DNA of 57,174 bases from Thermodesulfobacteriota bacterium (GTDB lineage: Bacteria > Desulfobacterota > Desulfobacteria > Desulfobacterales > C00003060): assembly GCA_034189385.1 (NCBI GenBank), contig JAXHVD010000026.1, forward strand, positions 1 through 57,174, in the 5' to 3' direction. Within the stretch, counting starts at the first letter, position 1; the number at the start of each line of letters is the position of its first letter. Positions 42,107-52,067 of this stretch are shown piece after piece. Made by a program: the position numbers and the translations under genes. Under the pieces are notes generated by a model. That model did no database searches, was not told the DNA's origin, and was given only the letters and a program-made list of their open reading frames with translations.

Positions 42107-43486
42107 ATGGATGCCGACACCATAGCCGCTATTGCTACCCCTCCAGGCGCAGGCGGTATTGGTGTGGTAAAACTCTCCGGGCCAAGGGCCATCCCTTTGG
42201 TCCTTCCTCTGCTTCGCCCCCCACGGGACCCCTCAAGCCTGAAATCCCGCCGCCTCTATCACGGATATGTGGCCGATCCCGAGACTGAAAAGACCGTAGA
42301 TGAGGTCCTCTTTACTGTCATGAGGGCCCCACACACCTATACCAGAGAAGACGTGGTGGAAATCCAGGCCCATGGGAGCCGATGCGGACTCTATGCCATC
42401 CTGGAGTTAGTCCTAAAGCAAGGGGTCCGACTGGCACAACCAGGGGAGTTCACCAAACGGGCCTTTTTAAATGGCCGCATAGATTTGACCCAGGCCGAGG
42501 CCGTGGCCGAGGTCGTCTCGGCCCAGACCGAAGAAGGGCTTGCCCTGGCCACCAGGCAGCTAAAAGGTCGCCTCCATGATGCCGTCGAGGCTGTCCGACG
42601 ACCCCTTCAGGAGATGTTGGCAGAGGTGGAAGCAGCGATCGATTTTCCTGAAGACGTGGACGAGATTGTGGAAGGGGGCTCCTTTGCCCGGAAGATGGCT
42701 AGGGACGTCATCGCCCCCCTGGAAGCGATGCTGACCCATTATGACGAGGGCCACATCTTCCGGGAAGGGATCTCCGCCATCATCGTTGGCCGCCCAAATG
42801 TAGGCAAGTCCAGTCTCATGAATCGCCTCCTTGAAAAGGAACGGGCCATTGTCACGACCATTCCCGGGACAACGAGAGACTTCATTGAAGAGACAGTAAA
42901 TATCCAGGGCGTCCCCTTGAGACTCATCGACACGGCCGGCCTTCACGACACGGCCGATGCCCTAGAGGCCATAGGGATCGCCTTCACAAAAAAACGATTG
43001 GACGAAGCAGACATCGTCCTCTTTATGGTGGATTGCAGTGCCCCCCTTACGGAAGAAGACAAAAAGATCTCCCACCTCCTTCGGGACCGAAAGGCGATCC
43101 TGGTCGTAAACAAGATAGACCTCGCACCAGATGCGCCTCTTGAAGGAATCGTCGATCCCCTCCCTGACCTGCCATGGGTAAAGATCTCCGCATTGTACAA
43201 CCAAGGGATCGAAGACCTGAAGGAGACGATCTTTAAGGCCGTCACAGACCAAAAAGGGCCGGCAGATCTGCCTAGGGTGGTCCCCAATGTTCGACACAAG
43301 ATCGCTATTCAAAAGGCCGTGACGGCTGCAAAGGAGGCTTCAGAGGGTTTTCGAGTCAGGCGGCCTGTGGAGTTGGTGGCCATTGATCTCAAAGAGGCCT
43401 TAGACGGCCTTGGCGAGATCATAGGGGTGACCACCACGGAAGACATCCTTGATCAAATATTTGGCCGCTTCTGTATCGGGAAGTAA
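42107..43486 (+). CDS. mnmE: tRNA modification GTPase
   Basis: DTIAAIATPPG, GEFTKRAFLNG, GRPNVGKSS, DTAG, NKID, FCIGK. Confidence 0.98.
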   Translation: MDADTIAAIATPPGAGGIGVVKLSGPRAIPLVLPLLRPPRDPSSLKSRRLYHGYVADPETEKTVDEVLFTVMRAPHTYTREDVVEIQAHGSRCGLYAILELVLKQGVRLAQPGEFTKRAFLNGRIDLTQAEAVAEVVSAQTEEGLALATRQLKGRLHDAVEAVRRPLQEMLAEVEAAIDFPEDVDEIVEGGSFARKMARDVIAPLEAMLTHYDEGHIFREGISAIIVGRPNVGKSSLMNRLLEKERAIVTTIPGTTRDFIEETVNIQGVPLRLIDTAGLHDTADALEAIGIAFTKKRLDEADIVLFMVDCSAPLTEEDKKISHLLRDRKAILVVNKIDLAPDAPLEGIVDPLPDLPWVKISALYNQGIEDLKETIFKAVTDQKGPADLPRVVPNVRHKIAIQKAVTAAKEASEGFRVRRPVELVAIDLKEALDGLGEIIGVTTTEDILDQIFGRFCIGK

Positions 43487-43925
43487 CTCGCTGCCTGTGC
43501 TGCCCACCCTTAAGGCTTGCTCTTTCCCGTGGCAAGGAGGCCGCCCGCTACTTGAGCCCCTTTAAAACCAAGCCGATCATCGTGGCCCTCGGGCCGAAAA
43601 AGTGTTTACCCAAAACAGCCTTGAGCTGAAATGGGTAAAAGCAGTGAATCCTGCCGACAAAAAAGGCCTTTTCCCCATAAAACAACATGGCCCCTTTTTC
43701 TCTTCCAAATGGGACTTGCCAACCGCGCGAAGAAGGGCCATGATGGAGCTTGCGTGGTAAGAGGGTGGATCACATAGGGGAATGGATGCTCCCCAGGTGC
43801 CAGGTTGAGAATGGCTCCTCACCGTGATGGCGAAGCCCATGTGCAGATGGGAGGGGCCTCTTCTGAGAGGCTGGAAAACGCCAGGGCGTACCCCAAAAAG
43901 TTTCTGACACCAAGTGGTGTGTGCT

Positions 43926-45269
43926 ATGGACTACGAAGTGATCATCGTTGGTGCCGGTCCAGCGGGCATCTTCACTGCCCTCACACTGGCCGATTCAGGA
44001 ATCGCGCCTGTTCTCTTATTGGAACAGGGAAAAGACCTTGGCCAGCGGAAGCGTGGCAACCCTGAGGACATACTCTGTGGCTGGGGCGGGGCCGGCGCTT
44101 ACAGCGATGGAAAACTGGTGCTTTCCGCTGAGGTTGGTGGATTCTTGGGGGAACTGGTGGAGCGAGAGCCCCTGAACCAGCTCCTGAGGAAGGCCGACGA
44201 GATCTACATGGCCCATGGAGCGCCAGAGCGTGTCTTTGGAGGAACATCGCCGAAACTGGTCGATCTTTCCGAGCGTGCCCGCCTGGCAGGCCTTGAACTC
44301 ATCCCAACACGCCTGCGACACATTGGCACGGAGAACTGCCGCATTGTTTTGGGCCGCCTGCAGGAGTCGTTGGCGGGAAGAGTGGAGATCCGCACCGACT
44401 GTCAGGTCCAGGCCCTTGTAGTTGAAAAGGGCCACATCCATGGGGTGAAACTGGCCGACGGCAAGACCATCACCAGCCGTTTTGTCGTGGCCGCACCGGG
44501 CCGATCTGGTGCAAGCTGGATGAAGAAGCAGGCGGACTCCTTGGAACTTAAGACCCAACCCAACCCTGTGGACATTGGCGTTCGCGTTGAATTGCCGGCC
44601 GCTGTGCTCAAAGAACTCACAGACACGGTCTATGAATCGAAACTTATCCACTACTCGGACACCTTTGAGGATAAAGTGCGGACCTTCTGCATGAATCCCT
44701 ACGGGGAGGTGGTGACGGAGAAGCACGAGGGCATCGTTACGGTAAACGGCCACAGCTACGCCGAGAAAAGGACTGAAAACACCAACTTCGCCATTTTGGT
44801 AAGCAGCGCATTCACGGAGCCCTTTGACGATCCCATTGCCTATGGCCGCCACATTGCCAGCCTGGCAAATCTCCTGAGCGGCGGGGTCATCATTCAGAGG
44901 CTGGGCGATCTGTTGGCCGGGCGGCGGAGTACTCGGATACGTATTGACCGGTGCCTTACCTGCCCCACCCTTCCCGATGCCAGCCCTGGTGATTTGAGCT
45001 ATGTCTTTACCTATCGGCACCTATTCAGCATTATCGAAATGCTTGAAGCCCTTGAAAGGTTCACTCCCGGGGTCTATTCACACCACACCCTTCTATACGG
45101 TGTGGAGGTCAAGTTCTATTCCAACAGGATTGAAACCTCATCGGAACTGGAAACGAGCGTCATCAATCTATTTGTCGTTGGTGATGGGGCGGGCATTACC
45201 AGAGGCCTGGTTCAAGCCTCGGCAAGCGGAATTCTTGCCGGCGGAGCCATCGCCCAGCGGCTGACATGA
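43926..45269 (+). CDS. NAD(P)/FAD-dependent oxidoreductase (uncharacterised)
   Basis: GAGPAG, GGAGAYSDGK, RHIGT, VRTFCMNP, VNGHS, GDGAG.TRGL. Confidence 0.88.
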   Translation: MDYEVIIVGAGPAGIFTALTLADSGIAPVLLLEQGKDLGQRKRGNPEDILCGWGGAGAYSDGKLVLSAEVGGFLGELVEREPLNQLLRKADEIYMAHGAPERVFGGTSPKLVDLSERARLAGLELIPTRLRHIGTENCRIVLGRLQESLAGRVEIRTDCQVQALVVEKGHIHGVKLADGKTITSRFVVAAPGRSGASWMKKQADSLELKTQPNPVDIGVRVELPAAVLKELTDTVYESKLIHYSDTFEDKVRTFCMNPYGEVVTEKHEGIVTVNGHSYAEKRTENTNFAILVSSAFTEPFDDPIAYGRHIASLANLLSGGVIIQRLGDLLAGRRSTRIRIDRCLTCPTLPDASPGDLSYVFTYRHLFSIIEMLEALERFTPGVYSHHTLLYGVEVKFYSNRIETSSELETSVINLFVVGDGAGITRGLVQASASGILAGGAIAQRLT

Positions 45270-45403
45270 CCGTCCACTCTTCGCAACACGAGACGAGGAC
45301 TTACCCTGGCAGCAGGGCCGTCTTTCGCCAAAACGAGAATCGATCTGAGCAACAGCCCGTGAAGATCTCCCCTGGGAGGTTGCGTTGATACACGGGCCGT
45401 CTC

Positions 45404-45883
45404 GTGCCTCCAAGATCAGCAGGGAGGGCCGACCACGTGGCATGGACAAGCCTCATCTCCCAATTGTTTGAAGCCTCAGAAGGGCTGCTGGCCACGCGAG
45501 ACAATCTCCAGGCCCTGGTAGCGCGTACCACCGATCAGGACGATCGGTTGCGCCTTTCCCTCGTGATGAGGGAGATCGACGTGATCCGGCTGACGCTTCT
45601 TTATGAATATGAATTGCTCGACACCTCCCACATTGTCCAGGAGGCATTCATCCATCTTTACTACGCCAGAAGGCTTGAAATCCTGCAGCTTTCAAGGGAG
45701 CAGATACGTGGCCATTGTGATGGGCTGGACGGACGCGTAAGCGGCATGAAGGATGAAGAGGCGTTGCGTGAAATAACCCATGCCAGGGAGATTGTGCAGG
45801 CCTCCTTGCGTTGCATGGATGACATCATCCGGGCCCTGGGACAGGACATTGTCGTAGAAGGGAAACAACAGACCAGGCATTGA
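45404..45883 (+). CDS. Hypothetical helical protein
   Basis: 159-aa ORF with amphipathic helical composition; start uncertain. Confidence 0.55.
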   Translation: MPPRSAGRADHVAWTSLISQLFEASEGLLATRDNLQALVARTTDQDDRLRLSLVMREIDVIRLTLLYEYELLDTSHIVQEAFIHLYYARRLEILQLSREQIRGHCDGLDGRVSGMKDEEALREITHAREIVQASLRCMDDIIRALGQDIVVEGKQQTRH

Positions 45884-45926
45884 ACAGGCACCCTCTGTGG
45901 TGACGTGCAGGCGAAAGGAGGCCTCC

Positions 45927-46124
45927 ATGGTCAAGGTGAAAACATTTACGATCCCCTTAAAACCGTTTCATGTGATGCAAGGGCTCAGGGATTTGGACGA
46001 CCACGTGAACGCCTTTATCACAGCAAAGAGTGTCAAGAAGGTCTTTGCCGTCAGTGACACGAATACCACCGATGGCACAGGGGCCACTATCGGCATGATT
46101 CGGGTGGTCGCCTATGAGGTATGA
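45927..46124 (+). CDS. Small hypothetical protein
   Basis: AGGAGG RBS, MVKVKTF...GATIGMIRVVAYE. Confidence 0.75.
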   Translation: MVKVKTFTIPLKPFHVMQGLRDLDDHVNAFITAKSVKKVFAVSDTNTTDGTGATIGMIRVVAYEV

Positions 46125-46153
46125 GCCATGGGGCGGGACGACTGCCACGTGCT

Positions 46154-46344
46154 CTCCGTCAGCCCTATTGTTACAAAAGTCAATAAAATGGTGAAAAATG
46201 ATATATATTTAAATATAAATTAATACCATATAAATTAAAAATAGCTGGAAGAACATATTGTTTATCTATAAAATAGATATAGGTAACTTACACATTTTCC
46301 CTTTCCTGACCGGGCCGAAGCGAATGCAGAAGATGTAAAGGGCG
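46154..46344 (+). repeat. AT-rich repeat A, copy 1
   Basis: CTCCGTCAGCCCTA-TTGTTACAAAAG...TATATTTAAATATA...CTTACACATTTTCCC...GGCCGAAGCGAATG...TAAAGGGCG; homologous to 51054 and 54035. Confidence 0.88.
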
Positions 46345-46554
46345 TACCGCAACCCCCTTTACTGCACCTTGCCCTTGGGGCAAAACTGAGGGGCATCTGC
46401 GACCTTTCAATAGAACCATTTGTGAATACTGACTCAAGTTCGCGCCTCACGGCTTGAGAAGAGGCGCATCCCCGTTTCCACCAATAGTCGGTCTGTCAAG
46501 AACTGTACGCCCGGGATGTGCAAACAGAGGGAGTGGGAAATTCGGTGAACGAAA

Positions 46555-46614
46555 GCCTACAGCCATTGCAACCCAGAATCTTCCCACAGCGACTAAAGGC
46601 ATTGGAGGCCGAAG
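46555..46614 (+). repeat. Uninterrupted copy of the REP-like element split by the MITE at 13 kb
   Basis: GCCTACAGCCATTGC...CACAGCGACTAAAGGCATTGGAGGCCGAAG. Confidence 0.7.
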
Positions 46615-46648
46615 AGAAGGTTGCGGGCAATCAGACCGGGAGGCATCA

Positions 46649-46867
46649 ATGAAGATCAATCAGAATGTGTCGGAGAGCGAGAGGACCGCCCGGATTGTCC
46701 TTGGAATTATCCTCGTCCCCGTGGGGTTTTTTCTTTCCGGTCTCTGGATGTGGCTATTTGTCCTGGCAGGTACTGCCTTCTTCCTGACAGGTCTTATCCA
46801 ATACTGACTCCTAAAGGAGTTCTTGCTGAAGGTCTTCAGCAGCAAAGACAAGGACGGGAAGAACTGA
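46649..46867 (+). CDS. DUF2892 (YgaP-like) membrane protein, probable selenoprotein
   Basis: NVSESERTARIVLG...LTGLIQY-TGA(46805-46807)-LLKEFLL...; TGA falls at the family Cys; hairpin TGCTGAA-GGTC-TTCAGCA downstream; GGAGG RBS. Confidence 0.7.
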
Positions 46868-46904
46868 GAACCGGTGAAGGGGAGAGGCAATAGGCAGTTT
46901 GCGA

Positions 46905-46960
46905 GAGTTGCGAGTTCTGAGCTCTGGGTTCTGAGCTCTGGGTTCCGGGTTTCGAGTTTG
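46905..46960 (+). repeat. Heptamer tandem repeat (G[AG]G[TC]TNN x8)
   Basis: gagttgc gagttct gagctct gggttct gagctct gggttcc gggtttc gagtttg; inverted counterpart at 47359-47390. Confidence 0.85.
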
Positions 46961-46967
46961 AGGGAAA

Positions 46968-47372
46968 ATGAAGTCCAAGGTGACCCGATTTGAAGACATC
47001 CATGCCTGGGAAAAGGCAAGAGAGCTTGTGAAAACAATATACGAGACAACAGGCGGTGGTGACTTCTCGCGAGACTTCGCATTGAGGGAATAGATTCGTC
47101 GAGCTGCGGTTTCTGTCATGTCAAACGTAGCTGAGGGCTTTGAAAGAGGAGGCAACAAGGAGTTTCAGCAATTCTTGTCTGTGGCAAAAGGATCGGCAGG
47201 TGAAGTGAAATCCCAACTCTACGTAGCCCTTGACGCAGGCCACATTGGCCAAGAGGATTTCCATCGCATTTACGAATTGGCTGACGAGACAGGTCGATTG
47301 ATCGGGGGGTTTATGCGATACCTTTCAAAGTCTGAGCATCGGGGTTCGAAATTCAAGGCTCGCAACCCATGA
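46968..47372 (+). pseudogene. Four-helix-bundle (23S rRNA IVS/TIGR02436-like) gene with an in-frame amber stop
   Basis: MKSKVTRFEDIHAWEKAR...DFALRE-TAG(47091-47093)-IRRAAVSVMSNVAEGFER...KEF.QFL..AKGS.GE..SQL. Confidence 0.85.
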
Positions 47373-47525
47373 ACTCGCAACCCAGAACTCATCTTCTAGG
47401 GCCCCCAACGGGGCGATTACCCTTTAAAATCCCTGAAAAATCCTTGAAAAAACCACCTGATGGTGACACCCAGCCCCGCTTGTCACCTTGATCTGGCAAC
47501 CCCAATGAAGAGAGCACCACGGGCC
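47359..47525 (+). repeat. Repeat B plus degenerate element C, copy 1
   Basis: CTCGCAACCCATGAACTCGCAACCCAGAACTCATCTTCTAGGGCCCC(C)AACGGGGCGATTACCCTTTAAAATCC matches 55436-55508; AACCCCAATGAAGAGAG resembles 55564 and 56574. Confidence 0.85.
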
Positions 47526-47761
47526 CTCCGGGCTTTCATTGTACCAGATGCAAATAACTTTGCATTTGGTGCCACTTTGTGCAAGACCTCCACGGCAGGG
47601 AGAAGAAGACAACAACAGCCTAGCCTTAGAAGGGCATGTTGGGGCGTAAAAATCACGGTCCAAGCCTGAAAATGCCCACTTTGTAGATGAAGTTTTTGAA
47701 TATCAACCCATGAGTTCCCAATTAGCTCCGTCCGACCCAGGACGATCAAGGTGGTGATGAC

Positions 47762-48208
47762 ATGCTCAGTACAAAAGAGATCATGACAAAGGACGTGGTC
47801 ACGGTTTCGCCAGAGACGCAAATCGCAGATGCCGCAAAGCTTCTTCTGGAAAAGGGCTTCAATGGCGTCCCCGTGGTGGATGGAACGGGTAAGCTGGTGG
47901 GGCTTCTCTGCCAGAGCGACCTGATCGCGCAGCAAAAGAAGTTCCCTGTCCCCTCGGTTTTTACCATTTTGGATGGGATCATTTCCTTTACGTCCATGAA
48001 ACATCTCGAAAAAGAGATCCAGAAGATGACGGCCACCACCGTGGCCGATGCCATGACGCCCAATCCGGTCACCGTCGCGCCCGAGACAAGTATCGAGGAG
48101 GCGGGATCCATCATGGTAGACAAACATTTCCACACCCTTCCTGTGGTCCAAGAGGGAAGGCTCGTGGGAATCGTGGGAAAAGAGGACCTCCTGAGAACCC
48201 TTGTGTAA
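47762..48208 (+). CDS. CBS-domain pair protein
   Basis: IMTKDVVTV.PET, GVPVVD..GKLVG, MT.NPVTV.PET, LPVV..GRLVGIV. Confidence 0.93.
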   Translation: MLSTKEIMTKDVVTVSPETQIADAAKLLLEKGFNGVPVVDGTGKLVGLLCQSDLIAQQKKFPVPSVFTILDGIISFTSMKHLEKEIQKMTATTVADAMTPNPVTVAPETSIEEAGSIMVDKHFHTLPVVQEGRLVGIVGKEDLLRTLV

Positions 48209-48286
48209 GAATGGGGGTTTTCGAAAACAAGAACTCTGGCCCCCATAAAGGGGCAGATGTAAAGAAGTAAAGGAGGAGGGCTAGAT

Positions 48287-49276
48287 ATGGGCTCTGAGCA
48301 AGCAGGGGCTGGCTTAAAAAAGGCCATGTATGAGGAGATGGTGCTCATACGAAGATTCGAAGAAAAGCTGATCGCCCTTTCCCAGGAACAAGGAAAACTG
48401 ATCGGCATGCAAATCCTTGCCTACGGTCAAGAAGCCGTGGCCGTTGGCATGGTCAAGGCCCTTAAAGCCGATGACGTCATGGTGAGTAATCATAGGAGTC
48501 ATGGCCACTTGCTGGCCAAAGGGGCAGATCCCAAAGCCCTGATGGCAGAGATTATGGGAAAGGCAACGGGTGTCAACAAGGGCAAGTCCGGGACCCTTCA
48601 TATGGCCGTGCCTGAGGTGAACGCCTTGATGACCACGACGATCGTGGGAGGGGGGCCGCCTGTGGCCGTGGGCGCAGCCTTTGCCCAACAGTACCGGGGC
48701 ACGTCAAATATCACCGTGGTCTTCTTTGGCGATGGCGCTGCTGCAGAAGGAAGCGTTCATGAGGCCATGAACCTGGCTGCGCTCTGGAAACTCCCTGTTC
48801 TCTTTGTTTGCGAAAACAACTGTTGGGCAGGGGCTCAAAGCCTCTCTGAGCATTGTTGTTTGACCGATATTACCAGACGCGCCGCGGGCTACGGCATGCC
48901 CGGTGAGTCGGTGGACGGAAATGACGTAGAAAAGGTCTTCACCCTGGCAAGAGACATGGTGTCGCACTGCCGCAGCGGTGAGGGACCGGCCTTTATGGAG
49001 GCCAAGACTTACAGAATGCGGGGCCACGGGGAGCATGACCACCAGCACTATGTGGATAAGAAAGAACTGGAAACGTGGGCCCGATTGTGTCCTGTCAAGG
49101 GCCTGAGGGATCGTATCGTGCAAGACGGCCTAGCCACAGAAGAAGAGCTTGAGGTCCTGGACAAAGATGTAGAGGCCAGGGTTGAAGAGGCCGTTCAATT
49201 TGCAAGTGACAGCCCCTACCCGCTGCCCGAAGAGGCGTTGCAGGATCTTTGGGTGGACGATGGGGTGGCACAGTAG
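48287..49276 (+). CDS. TPP-dependent dehydrogenase E1 alpha subunit
   Basis: GQEA, NHRSHGH, FGDGA...ENN TPP motif, VDGND, TYRMRGH. Confidence 0.92.
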   Translation: MGSEQAGAGLKKAMYEEMVLIRRFEEKLIALSQEQGKLIGMQILAYGQEAVAVGMVKALKADDVMVSNHRSHGHLLAKGADPKALMAEIMGKATGVNKGKSGTLHMAVPEVNALMTTTIVGGGPPVAVGAAFAQQYRGTSNITVVFFGDGAAAEGSVHEAMNLAALWKLPVLFVCENNCWAGAQSLSEHCCLTDITRRAAGYGMPGESVDGNDVEKVFTLARDMVSHCRSGEGPAFMEAKTYRMRGHGEHDHQHYVDKKELETWARLCPVKGLRDRIVQDGLATEEELEVLDKDVEARVEEAVQFASDSPYPLPEEALQDLWVDDGVAQ

Positions 49277-49285
49277 AGGAGGTCT

Positions 49286-50275
49286 GTGATGGCGGTTTTG
49301 TCCTTCGGACAGGCAGTAAAAGATGCCCTCGATCTTGCCATGAGCATGGATGACAGGGTCTTCATTGCAGGCGAGGGGGTTGGCGTATCCATCCATTTTG
49401 ATCCCAACTTGCCCACACACGGTCTTTTGGAAAAATACGGCCCCAGACGGGTAAAGGACACCCCGGTGAGCGAGGCCGCCATTGCCGGTCTGGGGGTGGG
49501 CGCCTCAGGGCTCGGCCTGCGACCGGTGGTGGAAATCATGTTTTTCCCCTTTATCACGCTGGCTGCGGACATGCTGGTCAATCATGCGGCCAAGTTGCGG
49601 TATCTGAGCGGGGGAAAGTCTTCTTTTCCCCTTACGGTAAGACTCAAGGCCGGTATGGGTTTTGGTGCTGGGTGCCAGCATTCGCACAACCTGGAGGCAT
49701 GGATGGCCCACAGTCCGGGATTGAAGGTCCTTTTCCCCTCCACGCCTGCCGATGCAAAGGGCTTGTTGTTGAGCGCCATATTCGACCCGAACCCGGTGAT
49801 GGTGATCGAAGAGATGCTCCTTTACTGGATAAAGGGAGAAGTCCCGGACGGGGACCACAGGGTGCCCCTGGGAAAGGCCCGGGTCGTTGCCCCCGGCAGC
49901 GATTGCACCGTGGTGAGCTACGGCGGCGCTGTATACACGGCCCTGGAAGCAGCCAAGACCCTTTCAAAGGAAGGGATTTCCACGGAAGTGATAGACTTAA
50001 GAAGCCTCGTTCCCCTGGATAAGGCGTGCTTGCTCGATTCAGTGACAAGGACCGGCAGGCTTGTCGTGTTGCACGATGCCACCAAGTTCGGCGGATTCGG
50101 AGCCGAGATATCGGCCATCGTTGCTGAAGAGGCCTTTGATCTCCTGAAGGCGCCTATCAGGCGGGTGGCGGCGCCAGATATTCCCGTACCGGTGTCACCG
50201 CCACAGGAAAGGTTTTATAAACCGAGCCCTGAAGCCGTGGCAGCGGCTGTGCGCTCCACCCTTCAAAAAGGCTAA
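49286..50275 (+). CDS. TPP-dependent dehydrogenase E1 beta subunit
   Basis: RVKDTPVSE, GLRPVVEIMF, QHS, PGLKV..PSTP.DAKGLL, EVIDLRSL.PLD. Confidence 0.93.
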   Translation: MMAVLSFGQAVKDALDLAMSMDDRVFIAGEGVGVSIHFDPNLPTHGLLEKYGPRRVKDTPVSEAAIAGLGVGASGLGLRPVVEIMFFPFITLAADMLVNHAAKLRYLSGGKSSFPLTVRLKAGMGFGAGCQHSHNLEAWMAHSPGLKVLFPSTPADAKGLLLSAIFDPNPVMVIEEMLLYWIKGEVPDGDHRVPLGKARVVAPGSDCTVVSYGGAVYTALEAAKTLSKEGISTEVIDLRSLVPLDKACLLDSVTRTGRLVVLHDATKFGGFGAEISAIVAEEAFDLLKAPIRRVAAPDIPVPVSPPQERFYKPSPEAVAAAVRSTLQKG

Positions 50276-50363
50276 GGGGCGCCTATGGACTGACCACGTG
50301 CACAGGGAGGACAGTGGGGAGAAGGTAGATGACGGGGACTGAACTGGGCGAAAGGAGGGAGCT

Positions 50364-50963
50364 GTGGCCAAGATCCTATCCAGAGAGGTCATTGTAGAAG
50401 CGTGCACCATTCACAGCCTGGAGGGCAAGAATCGTGAAGGGCAAGACATCCTCCTCTTGCACGGGGCGAAATTCCAAGCTGCCACCTGGCAGGAGCTCAC
50501 GACCTTAGACCGCTTGCATGACGCGGGCTTTGCGCCACAGGCCATTGATCTGCCAGGGTTTGGCAAGTCTCCAAAATGTGCCGTCCCGCCGGAAAAGGTG
50601 CTTCAAGTCTTCATGGCGGAGCAGAAGCTTTCCCGGCCTGTGCTTGTGGGACCGTCCATGGGTGGAAGGATCAGCCTGGATGTTGCCCTGAATGACCCAG
50701 AATCCGTAGGCGGGCTCGTGTTGATCGGGGCCGTGGGGGTAGGACAAAGAAGGGACCGATTGGATACGATCCAGGTCCCCTGTCTGATCCTCTGGGGCAG
50801 CAACGATGCCATCGCCCCCTTGGCCTCCGCTCACCTGTTACAGGAAAGGATTCTTGGCGCAGAACTCCGGATCTTTGACGGGGCCGGCCACCCCTGCTAT
50901 CTGGATCAACCGGACCTGTGGCATGAGGAGCTTCTTGCCTTTCTGAAGAAGCATTTCACCTAG
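50364..50963 (+). CDS. Alpha/beta hydrolase (ABHD14-like)
   Basis: LLHGA, IDLPGFGKS, GPSMGG nucleophile, WGSND, AGHPCYLD. Confidence 0.9.
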   Translation: MAKILSREVIVEACTIHSLEGKNREGQDILLLHGAKFQAATWQELTTLDRLHDAGFAPQAIDLPGFGKSPKCAVPPEKVLQVFMAEQKLSRPVLVGPSMGGRISLDVALNDPESVGGLVLIGAVGVGQRRDRLDTIQVPCLILWGSNDAIAPLASAHLLQERILGAELRIFDGAGHPCYLDQPDLWHEELLAFLKKHFT

Positions 50964-51053
50964 CTCTATCCTAAACGGGCCCCTTCCAGTGGAGGACCTT
51001 TCAAGGACCCTTCAGCCCTTTTCAATACCTATCTTGGCTATAACCCTTGGATG

Positions 51054-51196
51054 TTGTTACAAAAGCCACAGACAGGATGGTCAAAAGTGACATATATTTA
51101 AATATAATTTAATAGCATATAAATTGTAAATAGATTAAAGAACATATCTTTTATTTATAAAATATATACAGATATCTTACACATTTTCCCTTCCTC
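51054..51196 (+). repeat. AT-rich repeat A, copy 2
   Basis: Near-identical to 54053-54195. Confidence 0.9.
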
Positions 51197-51566
51197 TGAA
51201 CCTCTGGTTTCCCACTGGTAGCCTTCTCCCGGTCCTTACTTGCGCCGAAATAGACGTGGCAATGTCGAGGATCCTTCTTAACCTTAGGACTCGAAACGGG
51301 TATGGCCCTGTTTTGCCTGGCCCTGCCCGGAGGGCCCGACCGGGGTCGTGGCGAGAGGCCTGCCCCGCCTGCCCCGTAGGTGGGAACCATTGTAGTGGGG
51401 TGAAACGGGAGATTGTTTCACTGGGGTGCGTCTGTCTCGCTGAAGCCTTGACCGAGGCGGATCTGCGGCAGAATCAAAGACCTTCCCCTTCTCACGTAGC
51501 CTTTGAAACGACCAGTTCTTTGTGCTATTATTTTAAAAATCAGCCTACCGTTGAAGGAGATCGGCG

Positions 51567-51785
51567 ATGAAAACCCTCACTGCGTATGTAGAATGGGACT
51601 CGGCAACCAACTTGTACGTAGGCACCGTTCCAGGGATCCCCGGGGCCCACACCCAGGCCGCCACCTTGGATGAACTCCACGGCAATCTGAAGGAGGTTCT
51701 CGAATTATGCATGGAAGAGTCTGGCCACCTAGTTGAAGATCTTCCTCAATTCGTTGGAATCCAGCAGATTGAGGTGGCCGTGTGA
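51567..51785 (+). CDS. hicB: HicB-family antitoxin (short)
   Basis: YVGTVPGIPGAHTQAATLDEL..NLKEVLEL. Confidence 0.88.
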   Translation: MKTLTAYVEWDSATNLYVGTVPGIPGAHTQAATLDELHGNLKEVLELCMEESGHLVEDLPQFVGIQQIEVAV

Positions 51786-52015
51786 CCCGTTTGCCTATTC
51801 TCAACGCCAGGCGTCTTGAGAAGGTACTGCTCAATCTAGGCTTTCAGCGGATAAGGCAGAAGGGACGTCACATCCTATACCGGCATCCGGACGGAATGAC
51901 AACCACCATCCCCCACCACCGAGGCAGAGATCTGGCTCGCCCGCTTCTGCGCGAGATACTCAGAGAAATCGAATTGACAACTGAACAGCTGCTGCACGAA
52001 CTCAACAAGCTATAA
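51782..52015 (+). CDS. hicA: HicA-family toxin
   Basis: LGF..IRQKGRH..Y.HPDG..TTIP.H; overlaps hicB by GTGA. Confidence 0.9.
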   Translation: MTRLPILNARRLEKVLLNLGFQRIRQKGRHILYRHPDGMTTTIPHHRGRDLARPLLREILREIELTTEQLLHELNKL

Positions 52016-52067
52016 GAGAAGCTGCTTCAAATCTGCAAGAAGATTAGCAGGATAAGGAAGTTCTATA

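Noticed and set aside
47091..47093. Pyrrolysine readthrough of TAG
   Set aside because: The position is a conserved Gln, so CAG>TAG is simpler; no pyl evidence in the window
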